Under the pieces are notes generated by a model. It was not told the DNA's origin. It worked only from the letters and a program-made list of their open reading frames with translations, and searched no databases. The position numbers and the translations under genes were made by a program. From an uncultured Phycisphaerales bacterium (GTDB lineage: Bacteria; Planctomycetota; B15-G4; CAYZWU01), in assembly GCA_964542475.1 (NCBI GenBank), contig CAZIUL010000005.1, forward strand, positions 91,066 to 155,065: 64,000 bases of DNA. The letters run 5' to 3'. Of this stretch, positions 19,463 through 28,826 are shown piece by piece (the stretch's first letter is position 1; each line of letters opens with the position of its first letter).

Positions 19463-21177
19463 AGCGAAAAGAGAAGAAGAAGGGCGGCTTAAAGTCGTTG
19501 AAAAGCCATTCGGGCGGATCCTCGGTGGAAACATCACCGGAGCGCCCGGTTCACATCGAAAAGACAGCCCCTTGTATGAGCGGATGCCCCCAGGGGACGA
19601 ACATTCGCGCGCTCATGAACACGATCTCTCTGGCTGAGAAGCACGAGATCTCATACGACGACGCTTTCAAAAAGGGCTTCGAGATCATAACCGAGAAGAA
19701 CCCTTTTCCCGCTGTTTGCGGCCGTGTCTGCCCGCATCCGTGCGAGACCGAGTGCAACCGCAAGGAAAAAGAAGGGCCGGTTGCGATCAACTCTTTGGAG
19801 CGGTTCATCGGAGACTACGGAATAGAGCACGGACTTGAGTTGAAAAGGCTTGAAGGTGCCGAGGACCGCGAAGAGAAGATAGCGGTGATCGGTGCCGGCC
19901 CTGCCGGGCTGGCCTGCGCTTATCACCTGGCGAGGATGGGCTACAAGGTGACGGTATTCGAGGGCTTTCCAAAGGCGGGCGGAATGCTTCGATACGGCAT
20001 CCCCGCCTACCGCCTGCCAAGAGAGGTTCTCGACCATGAGATTGACAGTATCCTGAAACTCGGGGTTGAGCTCAAGTGCGATGTCAGCATCGGAACCGAC
20101 ATTCCCTACGAGGACCTCAAAAAAGAGTATAGCGCGATCTTTGTAGGCATTGGCGCGCACAAGGGCCGCTCTCTCAGGCTCGAAGGCGAGGACTCGGAAA
20201 ACGTGCTCACAGGCGCCGAGTTCCTGAACATGGCCAACTCGGGCAAGGAGATCCCGATCGGAAAGAAGGTCGTGGTCATCGGCGGCGGCGACACGGCTGT
20301 TGATGCCGCGCGCGTGGCCAGACGGATGGGCGCGGACGAGGTGTTGATCCTCTACCGCCGTACCCGCACCGAGATGCCTGCCATTGACGAGGAGATCGAG
20401 GGCGCAGAGGAAGAAGGGATCAAGATCGACCTGCTCGTGGCCCCTTCCGGCTTCACCGTGGAAAACGGCAGAGCCGTCAAGATGAAGTTTCAGCGGTGCG
20501 AGCTCGGTGAGCCTGACGATTCCGGCCGCCGCCGCCCCGTTCCCATAGAAGGCGACTATTTCGACGTCCAAGCCGATTTCTTCATCCCTGCCATCAGCCA
20601 GGCGCCGATTTTTGACGGCCTGGAAGAGGTTGGCAATCCCAAGGACTGGGTCAAGGCGGACGAGTGGATGCAGACCGAAAACGAGAACGTGTACGCCGGC
20701 GGCGACGTTGTCAATCTCGGGCTGGTGACCATCGCTATCGCCCAGGGCAGGCTGGCTGCGAACACAATTCACGAAAATTTGAGGGGACAAGAGCATACCA
20801 AGCCCGGAAACCCTCCGCCGGTTATCGGGGTGGACAAGGTGCTCCCCAATTTTTACGAGGAGAAGGCCGTGGCCACGTGCGAGCAGCTGTCCGTGGATGC
20901 CCGCTTTGCCGAGCCTGACAAGGAGATTGCCGAGGGGCTTTCCCGCGAACAGGCGATCGAGGAAGCAAAACGCTGCATGAGCTGCGGATTTTGTTTCGAG
21001 TGCGGGGAGTGCTGGAACTATTGCCAGGACCAGGCGGTAATCAAGCCTTATGTAAAAGGCGAAAAATATACGTTCAAAATGGAGCTTTGCAACGGCTGCA
21101 AGAAATGTGCTGAGCAATGCCCCTGCGGCTACATCGAGATGTACCTGCCGGGTCAGGCCCCGGTTTATGATTATTGA
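19453..21177 (+). CDS. dsrL: DsrL-like NAD(P)H-dependent oxidoreductase (GltD-like small-subunit fold plus C-terminal 2x[4Fe-4S] ferredoxin domain)
   Basis: N-terminal CMSGCPQG…CGRVCPHPCETECNR. Two Rossmann motifs (VIGAGPAGLACAY; VVIGGGDTAVDAA). C-terminal CMSCGFCFECGECWNYC…CNGCKKCAEQCPC. Start taken at ATG 19453, overlapping the dsrN stop; the longer ORF from 19318 overlaps dsrN. Confidence 0.7.
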   Translation: MGLKRKEKKKGGLKSLKSHSGGSSVETSPERPVHIEKTAPCMSGCPQGTNIRALMNTISLAEKHEISYDDAFKKGFEIITEKNPFPAVCGRVCPHPCETECNRKEKEGPVAINSLERFIGDYGIEHGLELKRLEGAEDREEKIAVIGAGPAGLACAYHLARMGYKVTVFEGFPKAGGMLRYGIPAYRLPREVLDHEIDSILKLGVELKCDVSIGTDIPYEDLKKEYSAIFVGIGAHKGRSLRLEGEDSENVLTGAEFLNMANSGKEIPIGKKVVVIGGGDTAVDAARVARRMGADEVLILYRRTRTEMPAIDEEIEGAEEEGIKIDLLVAPSGFTVENGRAVKMKFQRCELGEPDDSGRRRPVPIEGDYFDVQADFFIPAISQAPIFDGLEEVGNPKDWVKADEWMQTENENVYAGGDVVNLGLVTIAIAQGRLAANTIHENLRGQEHTKPGNPPPVIGVDKVLPNFYEEKAVATCEQLSVDARFAEPDKEIAEGLSREQAIEEAKRCMSCGFCFECGECWNYCQDQAVIKPYVKGEKYTFKMELCNGCKKCAEQCPCGYIEMYLPGQAPVYDY

Positions 21178-21227
21178 AATCGTTGTTAGTAAATATGGTT
21201 GAGCTTTTAAGTAAGGAGAGTGCTGAA

Positions 21228-21545
21228 ATGGCCATTTTCGAGCATGGAGAAATAAAGATCGAGGTAGACGAAGATGGGTTCATGCAGGAACCTGAACAGT
21301 GGACCAAAGATGTTGCCGCCGCGCTGGCAACGACCGAAGGTGTTGATGAGCTGACGGATGAACACTGGAAACTTGTGGACTACTTGAGGGAGTATTACCA
21401 GGAGTTCGGTATCGCCCCCATGATCCGCAAGCTGTGCAAGAAGACAGGTTTTCCTCTCAAGAAGATCTATGAACTTTTTCCGTCAGGCCCGGCAAAAGGC
21501 GCCTGCAAGGTCGCCGGTCTTGCCAAGCCCACTGGCTGCGTCTAA
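21228..21545 (+). CDS. dsrC: DsrC (sulfur-carrier/trisulfide substrate protein)
   Basis: Ends with the diagnostic C-terminal arm CKVAGLAKPTGCV, containing both conserved Cys. AAGGAGAG ribosome-binding site 8 nt upstream of ATG 21228. Confidence 0.95.
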   Translation: MAIFEHGEIKIEVDEDGFMQEPEQWTKDVAAALATTEGVDELTDEHWKLVDYLREYYQEFGIAPMIRKLCKKTGFPLKKIYELFPSGPAKGACKVAGLAKPTGCV

Positions 21546-21563
21546 TATCAGTTGAAGTTTTTA

Positions 21564-21604
21564 TCCGCGGGGGTTCGGCCTTTGAACCGAACCATCCTGC
21601 GGTT
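21564..21604 (+). terminator. Terminator-like hairpin after dsrC
   Basis: GGTTCGG-cctttgaa-CCGAACC inner stem flanked by CCGCGGG/CCTGCGG, then TTT. Confidence 0.45.
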
Positions 21605-21802
21605 TAACCCCGAAGCCGGCGCGTTTGCCGTTTTTATACATGGCTTTTGCCGGCTGATGGGACGAAGCTTTGACAACAATGCCGGCAGTGCGTCAGAAGG
21701 GCCTCCACTTGATCAGGCGGAGATCCTTCGCTCGGCCCGTAAACGGTGTGGTATGATGTTTTGTTGACAGGCAAAAACAGTTGTTGATCCGGACAGGCCT
21801 AG

Positions 21803-22354
21803 ATGCTGAATAGCCTATTATCGCAGAAGAAAAAAGCCATCCTTGAGAGGTGGCAGAAGCTGGTACTGGAATCTTATCCGGACGACACCGCCTCTTTTTT
21901 CAAGAAAGAGAGCGACCGGTTCAACAACCCCGTGGGGTTTACGATCAGCCATGATCTTGGTAAGCTTTTCGATAAACTGCTCGAAGAGATGGACCGGGAC
22001 GAGTTCAATAGCGATGAGTTCGTTTCCCTCATGGAGTATTTCATAAAAATACGATCCGTGCAGGGATTCAAGCCATCCCACGCGGTCTCGTTCGTTTTTC
22101 AGCTCAAAAGCGCTATCAGGGAAACCCTGGCGGACGAGATACGGGAAGGGAATGCCTGCGGGGAGCTGTGCCGGTTCGAATCGAGGCTGGACGAGGTAGG
22201 CCTTCTGGCCTTTGACTCGTACATGGAGAGCAGGGAAAAAATATTTGACTTGAGAACGAGACAGATCAAGGCCGGCAGAGAACGGCTTTTGCGAAAAGCC
22301 GGAATGTCAATGGACGAGAAAAACGAAAAGGATCAAAGAAATGGCGAGACCTGA
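21803..22354 (+). CDS. Hypothetical protein. Candidate DsrT (RsbRD-N-like), which precedes dsrMKJOP in many sulfate reducers and green sulfur bacteria.
   Basis: The call rests on position only: immediately upstream of dsrM and in the same orientation. No catalytic motifs recognised. Confidence 0.35.
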   Translation: MLNSLLSQKKKAILERWQKLVLESYPDDTASFFKKESDRFNNPVGFTISHDLGKLFDKLLEEMDRDEFNSDEFVSLMEYFIKIRSVQGFKPSHAVSFVFQLKSAIRETLADEIREGNACGELCRFESRLDEVGLLAFDSYMESREKIFDLRTRQIKAGRERLLRKAGMSMDEKNEKDQRNGET

Positions 22355-22384
22355 TCAGGTTCGTACCCGGGACGGAGGTGGCAG

Positions 22385-23419
22385 ATGATTTCGCAAGAGA
22401 ACCCTTTATCTGCAGCTCCACCCAAGAACAACAAGCTGATTTTCATGGCGGGAGGGGGCGCGGTCGTGTTCGCCCTGCTTTGGTTGATCGGACTTCTGCC
22501 GCTCATTTTCGGGGTGCTGATCCCGTACATCGCCGCTCTGGTTTTTTTTGTGGGATTCATCTCCAAGGTGACCGGCTGGGCGAAGTCCCCGGTCCCTTTC
22601 CGCATCCCCACAACCTCCGGCCAGCAGAAGTCGCTCCCGTGGATCAAGCATAGCAACCTGGAGAGCCCGCACAACCTGCGCGGCGTGATCGGCAGGATGT
22701 TCCTGGAGATCGTTCTGTTCAGGTCTTTGTTCAAGAACACCCGAACAGAGCTGAGAAGCGGGCCCAAGGTTGTGTACAGCACCAGCCTCTGGCTGTGGGC
22801 CGCTGCCATGGCGTTTCACTGGTGCTTCCTGGTCATCTTCTTGAGGCACATCAGGTTTTTCGCGGAACCGGTGCCCGGTTTCGCGCTCTTTTTGCAGGAG
22901 ATCGACGGGCTTTTCAAGCTCGGGGTGCCAACGCTTTTCTTGACGAACATCGTTATCCTGGGCGCCCTGGGGTTTCTCGTTTTCAGAAGGCTATTCGACC
23001 CGAAGATCCGCTACATCTCCCTCTTTTCGGACTACTTCGCGCTGTTCCTCATCTTGGGCATCGTGATCACGGGCATGCTGACGCGCCATGTTTTCAAGAC
23101 CGATATCGTGGAGGTGAAGAAGCTGGCCGCGGGGCTCATAACGCTCCATCCCTATGTACCCGGATCGGGCGCGATAGGTTTTTGGTTCTACGCCCATTTC
23201 TTTCTGCTCTGCTCCCTTCTGGCATACTTCCCGTTCAGCAAGCTGATGCACATGCCGGGGGTTTTTCTCAGCCCGACGAGGAACCTCGCAAACAACAACC
23301 GGGTGAAGAGGCACATAAACCCCTGGGACTATCCGGTCAAGGTGCATACCTATGAGGAGTACGAGGACGAGTTCAGGGACAAAATGAAAGCGGCTGGAAT
23401 GCCTTTGGAGAAGGAATAA
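22385..23419 (+). CDS. dsrM: DsrM (NarI-like di-heme b membrane subunit of the DsrMKJOP complex)
   Basis: Five to six transmembrane helices with conserved His. Directly followed by dsrK. Confidence 0.9.
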   Translation: MISQENPLSAAPPKNNKLIFMAGGGAVVFALLWLIGLLPLIFGVLIPYIAALVFFVGFISKVTGWAKSPVPFRIPTTSGQQKSLPWIKHSNLESPHNLRGVIGRMFLEIVLFRSLFKNTRTELRSGPKVVYSTSLWLWAAAMAFHWCFLVIFLRHIRFFAEPVPGFALFLQEIDGLFKLGVPTLFLTNIVILGALGFLVFRRLFDPKIRYISLFSDYFALFLILGIVITGMLTRHVFKTDIVEVKKLAAGLITLHPYVPGSGAIGFWFYAHFFLLCSLLAYFPFSKLMHMPGVFLSPTRNLANNNRVKRHINPWDYPVKVHTYEEYEDEFRDKMKAAGMPLEKE

Positions 23420-23421
23420 AG

Positions 23422-25074
23422 ATGTCAGACGAAAACACACCAAAAGCTGAAGAGCTCGTCCAGATCGACTTCAAGCCGTGCGGCAAGGACTGGATGGACC
23501 CTAAGGTCGAGATGAAGAAGGGCACGTTCAACTACATAGCCAACCCGAAGAGCCTGGAATACCTCGACCTCCCGTCTCTCGGCACGTGGTATCCCCTGGA
23601 CGAGGATTGGAAGCTTCCGGAAAACTGGAAGGAGACCGTTCTCAACGGCATAAGAGACCGGCTGGTGAAGTACCGGTCGTTCAAGATATTCATGGATATC
23701 TGCGTCCGGTGCGGAGCGTGCGCTGACAAGTGCCACTTCTTCATCGGCGGGGGCGATCCCAAGAACATGCCCGTGCTGCGCGCCGAGCTTTTGCGATCGA
23801 TCTACCGCAAAGAGTTCACCAAGGCGGGGAAGATATTGAGCAAGCTGGGCGGAGGCAGGGAGCTGACCCTTGACGTGATAAAGGAGTGGTTTCTCTACTT
23901 CTACCAGTGCACCGAGTGCCGTCGCTGCTCCGTGTTCTGCCCCTACGGGATCGACACGGCCGAGATAACCATGATGGGCAGGGAGCTTCTAAACCTCATC
24001 GGCGTCGGCATCGACTGGATCTGCACACCCGCCGCGAACTGCTTCCGCACGGGCAACCACCTCGGCATCCAGCCCCACGGCTTCCAGGACAGCGTGGATT
24101 TCGCGATAGACGATCTCGAGGAGATCACCGGCATCAAGGTCGATGCCCCGGTGAACAAGAAAGGCGCTGAGATACTTTTCGTGGTGCCCTCCGCCGACTA
24201 CTTTGCGGACCCGCACTACTACGGCTTTCTCGGCTACATGGCCCTGTTTCACGAGATCGGCCTGGACTATACCTTCAGCTCGTTCGCCTCGGAAGGCGGC
24301 AACTTTGGCCTTTTCCACTCGGCTGACATGATGAAGCGCCTGAACTCCAAGATCTATTCCGAGGCCAGGCGGCTCGGCGTTAAGTGGATAATCGGCGGAG
24401 AGTGCGGCCACATGTGGCGCGTTCTCCACCAGTACATGGACACGATCAGCGGCCCGGCCGATTTCCTTGAGGTGCCGGTTTCGCCATTGACAGGGACCAG
24501 GTTCGACAACGCTAGCTCCACCAAGATGGTGCACATCTGCGAGTTCACGGCCGACCTGATAAAGGAGGGCAAGCTGAACCTCGACAAGAGCCGCAACGAC
24601 AACTGGAAGGTCACCTATCACGACTCGTGCAACACGGCGCGCGCGATGGGTATCCTGGACGAGCCGCGTTATGTGATCAAAGCCGCTTGCAACCATTTTT
24701 ACGACATGCCTGAGAACACCATCAGGGAGCAGACGTTTTGCTGCGGCAGCGGTTCTGGCATAGGCACCGACGAAAACCTGGAGATGCGTATGCGCGGGGG
24801 GCTCCCGCGCGCGAACGCGGTGAAGCACGTGCACGAAAAACACGGTGTGAACCTGCTGTCATGCATTTGCGCCATAGACAAGGCAACGCTGCCCGCGCTC
24901 ATGGATTTCTGGGTTCCGGGAGTAGAGGTCGGCGCGGTGCACGAGCTTTTGGGCAACGCGCTGGTCATGAAGGGCGAGAAGAGATCCACCGACCTGCGCG
25001 GCGAGCCTTTGCCGGGCATAGAGGACGCCGAAGGCGACGAGGAAAGCCAAGAGGAGGGCAAAGCTGATGAATGA
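23422..25074 (+). CDS. dsrK: DsrK (HdrD-like catalytic subunit with CCG domains)
   Basis: Ferredoxin motifs CVRCGACADKCH and CTECRRCSVFCPYG. CCG-domain cysteines (…HDSCNTAR…FCCGSGSGIG). Confidence 0.95.
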   Translation: MSDENTPKAEELVQIDFKPCGKDWMDPKVEMKKGTFNYIANPKSLEYLDLPSLGTWYPLDEDWKLPENWKETVLNGIRDRLVKYRSFKIFMDICVRCGACADKCHFFIGGGDPKNMPVLRAELLRSIYRKEFTKAGKILSKLGGGRELTLDVIKEWFLYFYQCTECRRCSVFCPYGIDTAEITMMGRELLNLIGVGIDWICTPAANCFRTGNHLGIQPHGFQDSVDFAIDDLEEITGIKVDAPVNKKGAEILFVVPSADYFADPHYYGFLGYMALFHEIGLDYTFSSFASEGGNFGLFHSADMMKRLNSKIYSEARRLGVKWIIGGECGHMWRVLHQYMDTISGPADFLEVPVSPLTGTRFDNASSTKMVHICEFTADLIKEGKLNLDKSRNDNWKVTYHDSCNTARAMGILDEPRYVIKAACNHFYDMPENTIREQTFCCGSGSGIGTDENLEMRMRGGLPRANAVKHVHEKHGVNLLSCICAIDKATLPALMDFWVPGVEVGAVHELLGNALVMKGEKRSTDLRGEPLPGIEDAEGDEESQEEGKADE

Positions 25075-25450
25075 CAAGGGAAAAATCTTGTTCGGCCTGG
25101 TGATCTTTTTCGTGCTTTTGTCCATCCCCTTCTGGTATACGCTGGCAAGCGGGAAGCGGGGTTACTACCCCGAGATGGAAAAGGCTGCCAAGGGCGAAAA
25201 ATGCATCATGGAAAAACAGGAGATGATACCGGGGCACATGGGGCTCTTGAACGAATGGCGGGACCTTGTTGTGCGGGAAGGCAAGAGGACGCACACTGCT
25301 GAGGACGGGACCGAATACAAGATGAGCCTCACGAACACATGTCTTGACTGCCACCAGGACAAGAGCGAGTTCTGCGACAAGTGCCACGATTATCTCGGCG
25401 TAAAACCGTACTGCTGGGATTGCCATGTCGACCCAAAGGAGATCGAGTGA
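25067..25450 (+). CDS. dsrJ: DsrJ (triheme periplasmic cytochrome c)
   Basis: N-terminal membrane anchor. Three heme-binding motifs: CLDCH, CDKCH, CWDCH. Confidence 0.9.
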   Translation: MNDKGKILFGLVIFFVLLSIPFWYTLASGKRGYYPEMEKAAKGEKCIMEKQEMIPGHMGLLNEWRDLVVREGKRTHTAEDGTEYKMSLTNTCLDCHQDKSEFCDKCHDYLGVKPYCWDCHVDPKEIE

Positions 25451-26235
25451 TGGATGTGAACAGAAGAAGGTTTCTCAAGGTAGCGGGGGTCGGCGCGCTC
25501 GGGCTAGCGGGTGCTAAACCCGTGCTGGATGCCTTTTCCGATGAGGAAACGCACGAAAGCGCTCCTTCCAAGGATAAGAAGGGCAAACAGCACGCCGGAA
25601 AGAGGCTGGCAATGGCCATCGACCTGAAGAAGTTTGATGAAAACACTGCCAAGGCCTGCCGGGATGCCTGCCACATAACCCACAACGTTCCTGATTTCGG
25701 CAATGCAAAGGACGAGATCAAGTGGATCTGGACCGAGCCGTTCGGGCACGCGTTCCCGGAGCAGGAGCACGAGTTCATCGAGGATGCGCTCAAATCCGCG
25801 TCTGTGCCGGTGTTGTGCAACCACTGCGACAATCCGTCGTGTGTCAGGGTTTGCCCCACGCAGGCCACCTTTCGCAGGGATGACGGCATCGTGGTGATGG
25901 ACTGGCACAGATGCATCGGGTGCAGGTACTGCATGGCTGCATGCCCCTACGGATCCAGGAGCTTCAACTGGCGTGATCCCAGGGAGTTCATCGATAAGAT
26001 CGATCCGAAGTTTCCCACGCGGTCGCGAGGTGTCGTGGAGAAGTGCACCTTCTGCGACGAACGGCTGGCCGATGGCAAGGAACCCGCGTGCGTTGAGGCG
26101 TGCGGCAACGATGAGATGATATTCGGGGATGTCGAAGACCCCGAATCGAAGATACGGGAGGTGCTGAGTAAGCGTTTCTCGATCAGGCGTAAACCCGGGT
26201 TGGGTACGAAGCCGGAAGTATACTATCTCGTGTGA
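25450..26235 (+). CDS. dsrO: DsrO (Tat-exported ferredoxin-like Fe-S subunit)
   Basis: Twin-arginine signal NRRRFLKVAGVGALGLAG. Multiple CxxCxxCxxxCP clusters. The ATG overlaps the dsrJ stop (ATGA). Confidence 0.9.
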   Translation: MDVNRRRFLKVAGVGALGLAGAKPVLDAFSDEETHESAPSKDKKGKQHAGKRLAMAIDLKKFDENTAKACRDACHITHNVPDFGNAKDEIKWIWTEPFGHAFPEQEHEFIEDALKSASVPVLCNHCDNPSCVRVCPTQATFRRDDGIVVMDWHRCIGCRYCMAACPYGSRSFNWRDPREFIDKIDPKFPTRSRGVVEKCTFCDERLADGKEPACVEACGNDEMIFGDVEDPESKIREVLSKRFSIRRKPGLGTKPEVYYLV

Positions 26236-26242
26236 GGCAGAC

Positions 26243-27451
26243 ATGCTAGAAAAGGCGATGTTCGGAAGTAGAAGGTACTGGGCCTGGGTCGTTTTTCTGC
26301 TGGTGTTGATTGGAGTCGGCCTCCTATGCTATCTCCAGCAGCTTAGCCAGGGGCTTGGAATAACTGGAATGGGCAGGGACGTGACATGGGGATTCTACAT
26401 CGCCCAGTTCACCTTCCTGGTGGGTGTGGCAGCATCAGCCGTGATGGTGGTTCTGCCCTACTACCTGCATGACTACAAGGCGTTCGGCAAGCTCACCATC
26501 TTGGGGGAGTTTCTTGCCATTTCCGCTGTGATCATGTGCCTGCTGTTCATTTTCGCGGACCTGGGCCAGCCCCAGCGCGGCATGAACATGATACGGTTCA
26601 TGAGCCCCAAATCGGTCCTCTTCTGGGACATGATAGTGCTCAACGGCTACCTCGTGATCAACCTCGTGTTGAGCTGGAAGAGCCTTGACGCGGAGCGAAA
26701 CTCTGTCAAGCCTTCCGGGTGGTGGATCAAGCCGCTGATCATAGTATCGGTCCCATGGGCTATCAGCATCCACACGGTCACGGCAATGATCTACTGCGGC
26801 CTCCCCGGCCGTTCCTTCTGGTACACGGCCATCCTTGCCCCGCGCTTTCTCGCGTCGGCGTTCGCATCCGGCCCCGCGCTCCTGATACTGATCTGTTTCA
26901 TCCTGAAAAAGTTCACCAGGTTCGACGCGGGCAAGGAGCCCGTGCAGAAGCTAGCGGTAATTGCCACGTATGCGATGTTTCTAAACGTTTTCTTTTTCCT
27001 GCTCGAGGTGTTCGTGGCGGTTTACGGAGCCATCCCGGAGCACACTCAGCATTTCGAATACCTGTTCCTCGGCATCGGCGGGAAATCCAAGCTCGTGCCG
27101 TGGATGTGGATGGCCCAGTTCATCTCTGTGTTTGCGATAGTCATCTTCGCTGTTCCTCGGCTCAGAAAGAACGAGAACCTGCTGAAATGGGGGTGCATCG
27201 GCATCTTCGTCGCCATCTGGATAGACAAGGGGCTCGGCATGGTTGTGACCGGCTTCGTGCCTTCGCCGCTTGAGGGCGTGACAGAGTACTGGCCCACCTT
27301 CAGGGAGCTTTGCATCACGATCGGTGCCTATGCGGTGGGTGCGCTGATACTCACAGTGCTCTACAAGGTGGCGCTGGAGGTACGGGGAGAGGTTTGCAGG
27401 CCTTGCTGCGAAGAGGTGGAGCATGAAGCGACAAAGCAAACCGCACCATGA
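26243..27451 (+). CDS. dsrP: DsrP (NrfD/PsrC-like integral membrane quinone-interacting subunit)
   Basis: About 10 transmembrane helices, 402 aa. Position after dsrO. Confidence 0.9.
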   Translation: MLEKAMFGSRRYWAWVVFLLVLIGVGLLCYLQQLSQGLGITGMGRDVTWGFYIAQFTFLVGVAASAVMVVLPYYLHDYKAFGKLTILGEFLAISAVIMCLLFIFADLGQPQRGMNMIRFMSPKSVLFWDMIVLNGYLVINLVLSWKSLDAERNSVKPSGWWIKPLIIVSVPWAISIHTVTAMIYCGLPGRSFWYTAILAPRFLASAFASGPALLILICFILKKFTRFDAGKEPVQKLAVIATYAMFLNVFFFLLEVFVAVYGAIPEHTQHFEYLFLGIGGKSKLVPWMWMAQFISVFAIVIFAVPRLRKNENLLKWGCIGIFVAIWIDKGLGMVVTGFVPSPLEGVTEYWPTFRELCITIGAYAVGALILTVLYKVALEVRGEVCRPCCEEVEHEATKQTAP

Positions 27452-28664
27452 CAGCAGCGGGGAGAACGGTAACGGAACACCGGGCGCCCTGGTGGTGTGC
27501 GGGATCAACCACGCCACGGCCACGCTCTCCGAGCGTGAGCCGTTCCAGATAACCAGGCAGGACCTCATTCCCGCGCTCAAGGAGCTCGAATCCATCAGGG
27601 GCGTGAGAGAGAGCCTTGTCCTTTCCACCTGCAATCGGTTCGAGGCTTACATGGTGCTCGATGCCCACGAGGAACCGTTCACCGTGCTTCGCGATTTTTT
27701 CATCCGTTTGAAGGGGATCGATCCCAAGCCCCTGCGCAGCCTTTTCTACGTGCGCCACGAGAGCACCGCTGTCAGGCACCTTTTCCGCGTGATCGGCGGG
27801 CTCGATTCCATGGTGCTCGGAGAGTACCAGATCAAAAACCAGGTCAAGGAGGCGTACAGCGCGGCATGCAGCGTGAAAGCGCCGGGCAAGGTGCTCCACA
27901 GGCTTTTTCACGCGGCTTTCAGGACGGGCAAATCGGTACAGACACACACGGGCTTGGGCGCGGGGCGCATGTCGGTTGCAGGCATGGCTGTCGGGATAGT
28001 CGAGGAACGCCTGTCCCCTGATGATACGGTTCTGTTAATAGGGGCGAACGAGAACATTCGCATCGTTGCGGATAGGCTGAAGTCCGCCGGGTTCGAACGG
28101 TTTGTTTTCGTGAACCGGACCTCATACAAGGCCAGGAAGCTGGCAAGCCGCTACGGCGGTGAAGGGTCCGGCCTCGATGAACTGTCCGACGCGCTGAAGG
28201 AAGGGGTAGGTGCTTTGGTCAGCTGCACGAGCGCTCCCGGATTCATCGTGACGGCAGAGCAGCTCGAAGCGCTGGCTGCTGACAACCGCTGCCCCGGCCT
28301 TCTGATCGACATGGCTGTTCCCAGGGACATCGAGCGGCCGGAAACCTCTTCTTTTCCGGCGGAACTGATCGACCTCGAGGACCTCAAGGCCTGCAGGAAG
28401 AACGGAGAACAAATCCGCGAGCAGGAGCTCCCCAGGGCTGAAAGCATAGTGGAGGACAAGGTCAGCACGTTTCAGAGCTGGATGGAGAACGCTTTCGATG
28501 AGGGCACCGGAGCGCTCATCAAAGAGTACGACCGCATCAGGCTGGCACGCCTGAAAGATGCGCTTGCCTCGTTCGAGGCGAAAGACCGCGATGTGCTCGA
28601 GCGTTTCTCCCGTGACCTCATGCAGGACTTCCTCAAGGTGCCCACGCAGAACTTCACCGAGTGA
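27423..28664 (+). CDS. hemA: Glutamyl-tRNA reductase (tetrapyrrole/siroheme biosynthesis)
   Basis: Active-site LSTCNRFE motif and NADPH-binding LLIGANENIR region. Overlaps the dsrP 3' end by 29 nt. Confidence 0.85.
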   Translation: MKRQSKPHHDSSGENGNGTPGALVVCGINHATATLSEREPFQITRQDLIPALKELESIRGVRESLVLSTCNRFEAYMVLDAHEEPFTVLRDFFIRLKGIDPKPLRSLFYVRHESTAVRHLFRVIGGLDSMVLGEYQIKNQVKEAYSAACSVKAPGKVLHRLFHAAFRTGKSVQTHTGLGAGRMSVAGMAVGIVEERLSPDDTVLLIGANENIRIVADRLKSAGFERFVFVNRTSYKARKLASRYGGEGSGLDELSDALKEGVGALVSCTSAPGFIVTAEQLEALAADNRCPGLLIDMAVPRDIERPETSSFPAELIDLEDLKACRKNGEQIREQELPRAESIVEDKVSTFQSWMENAFDEGTGALIKEYDRIRLARLKDALASFEAKDRDVLERFSRDLMQDFLKVPTQNFTE

Positions 28665-28826
28665 CCGTTTCATCTCTTCAACATCGAAACACCACCGGCA
28701 GGAAATACAGGGCCTCCCCTTGCAGCCAACCGCCCGTCCGGTTTTTCCCTTCCCCTTTCCGCCCTCCTGTATAAGCTGTTAACCGTACCCTCATGACAAC
28801 AGCTCATTTCCAAAAGGATCCTTCCA

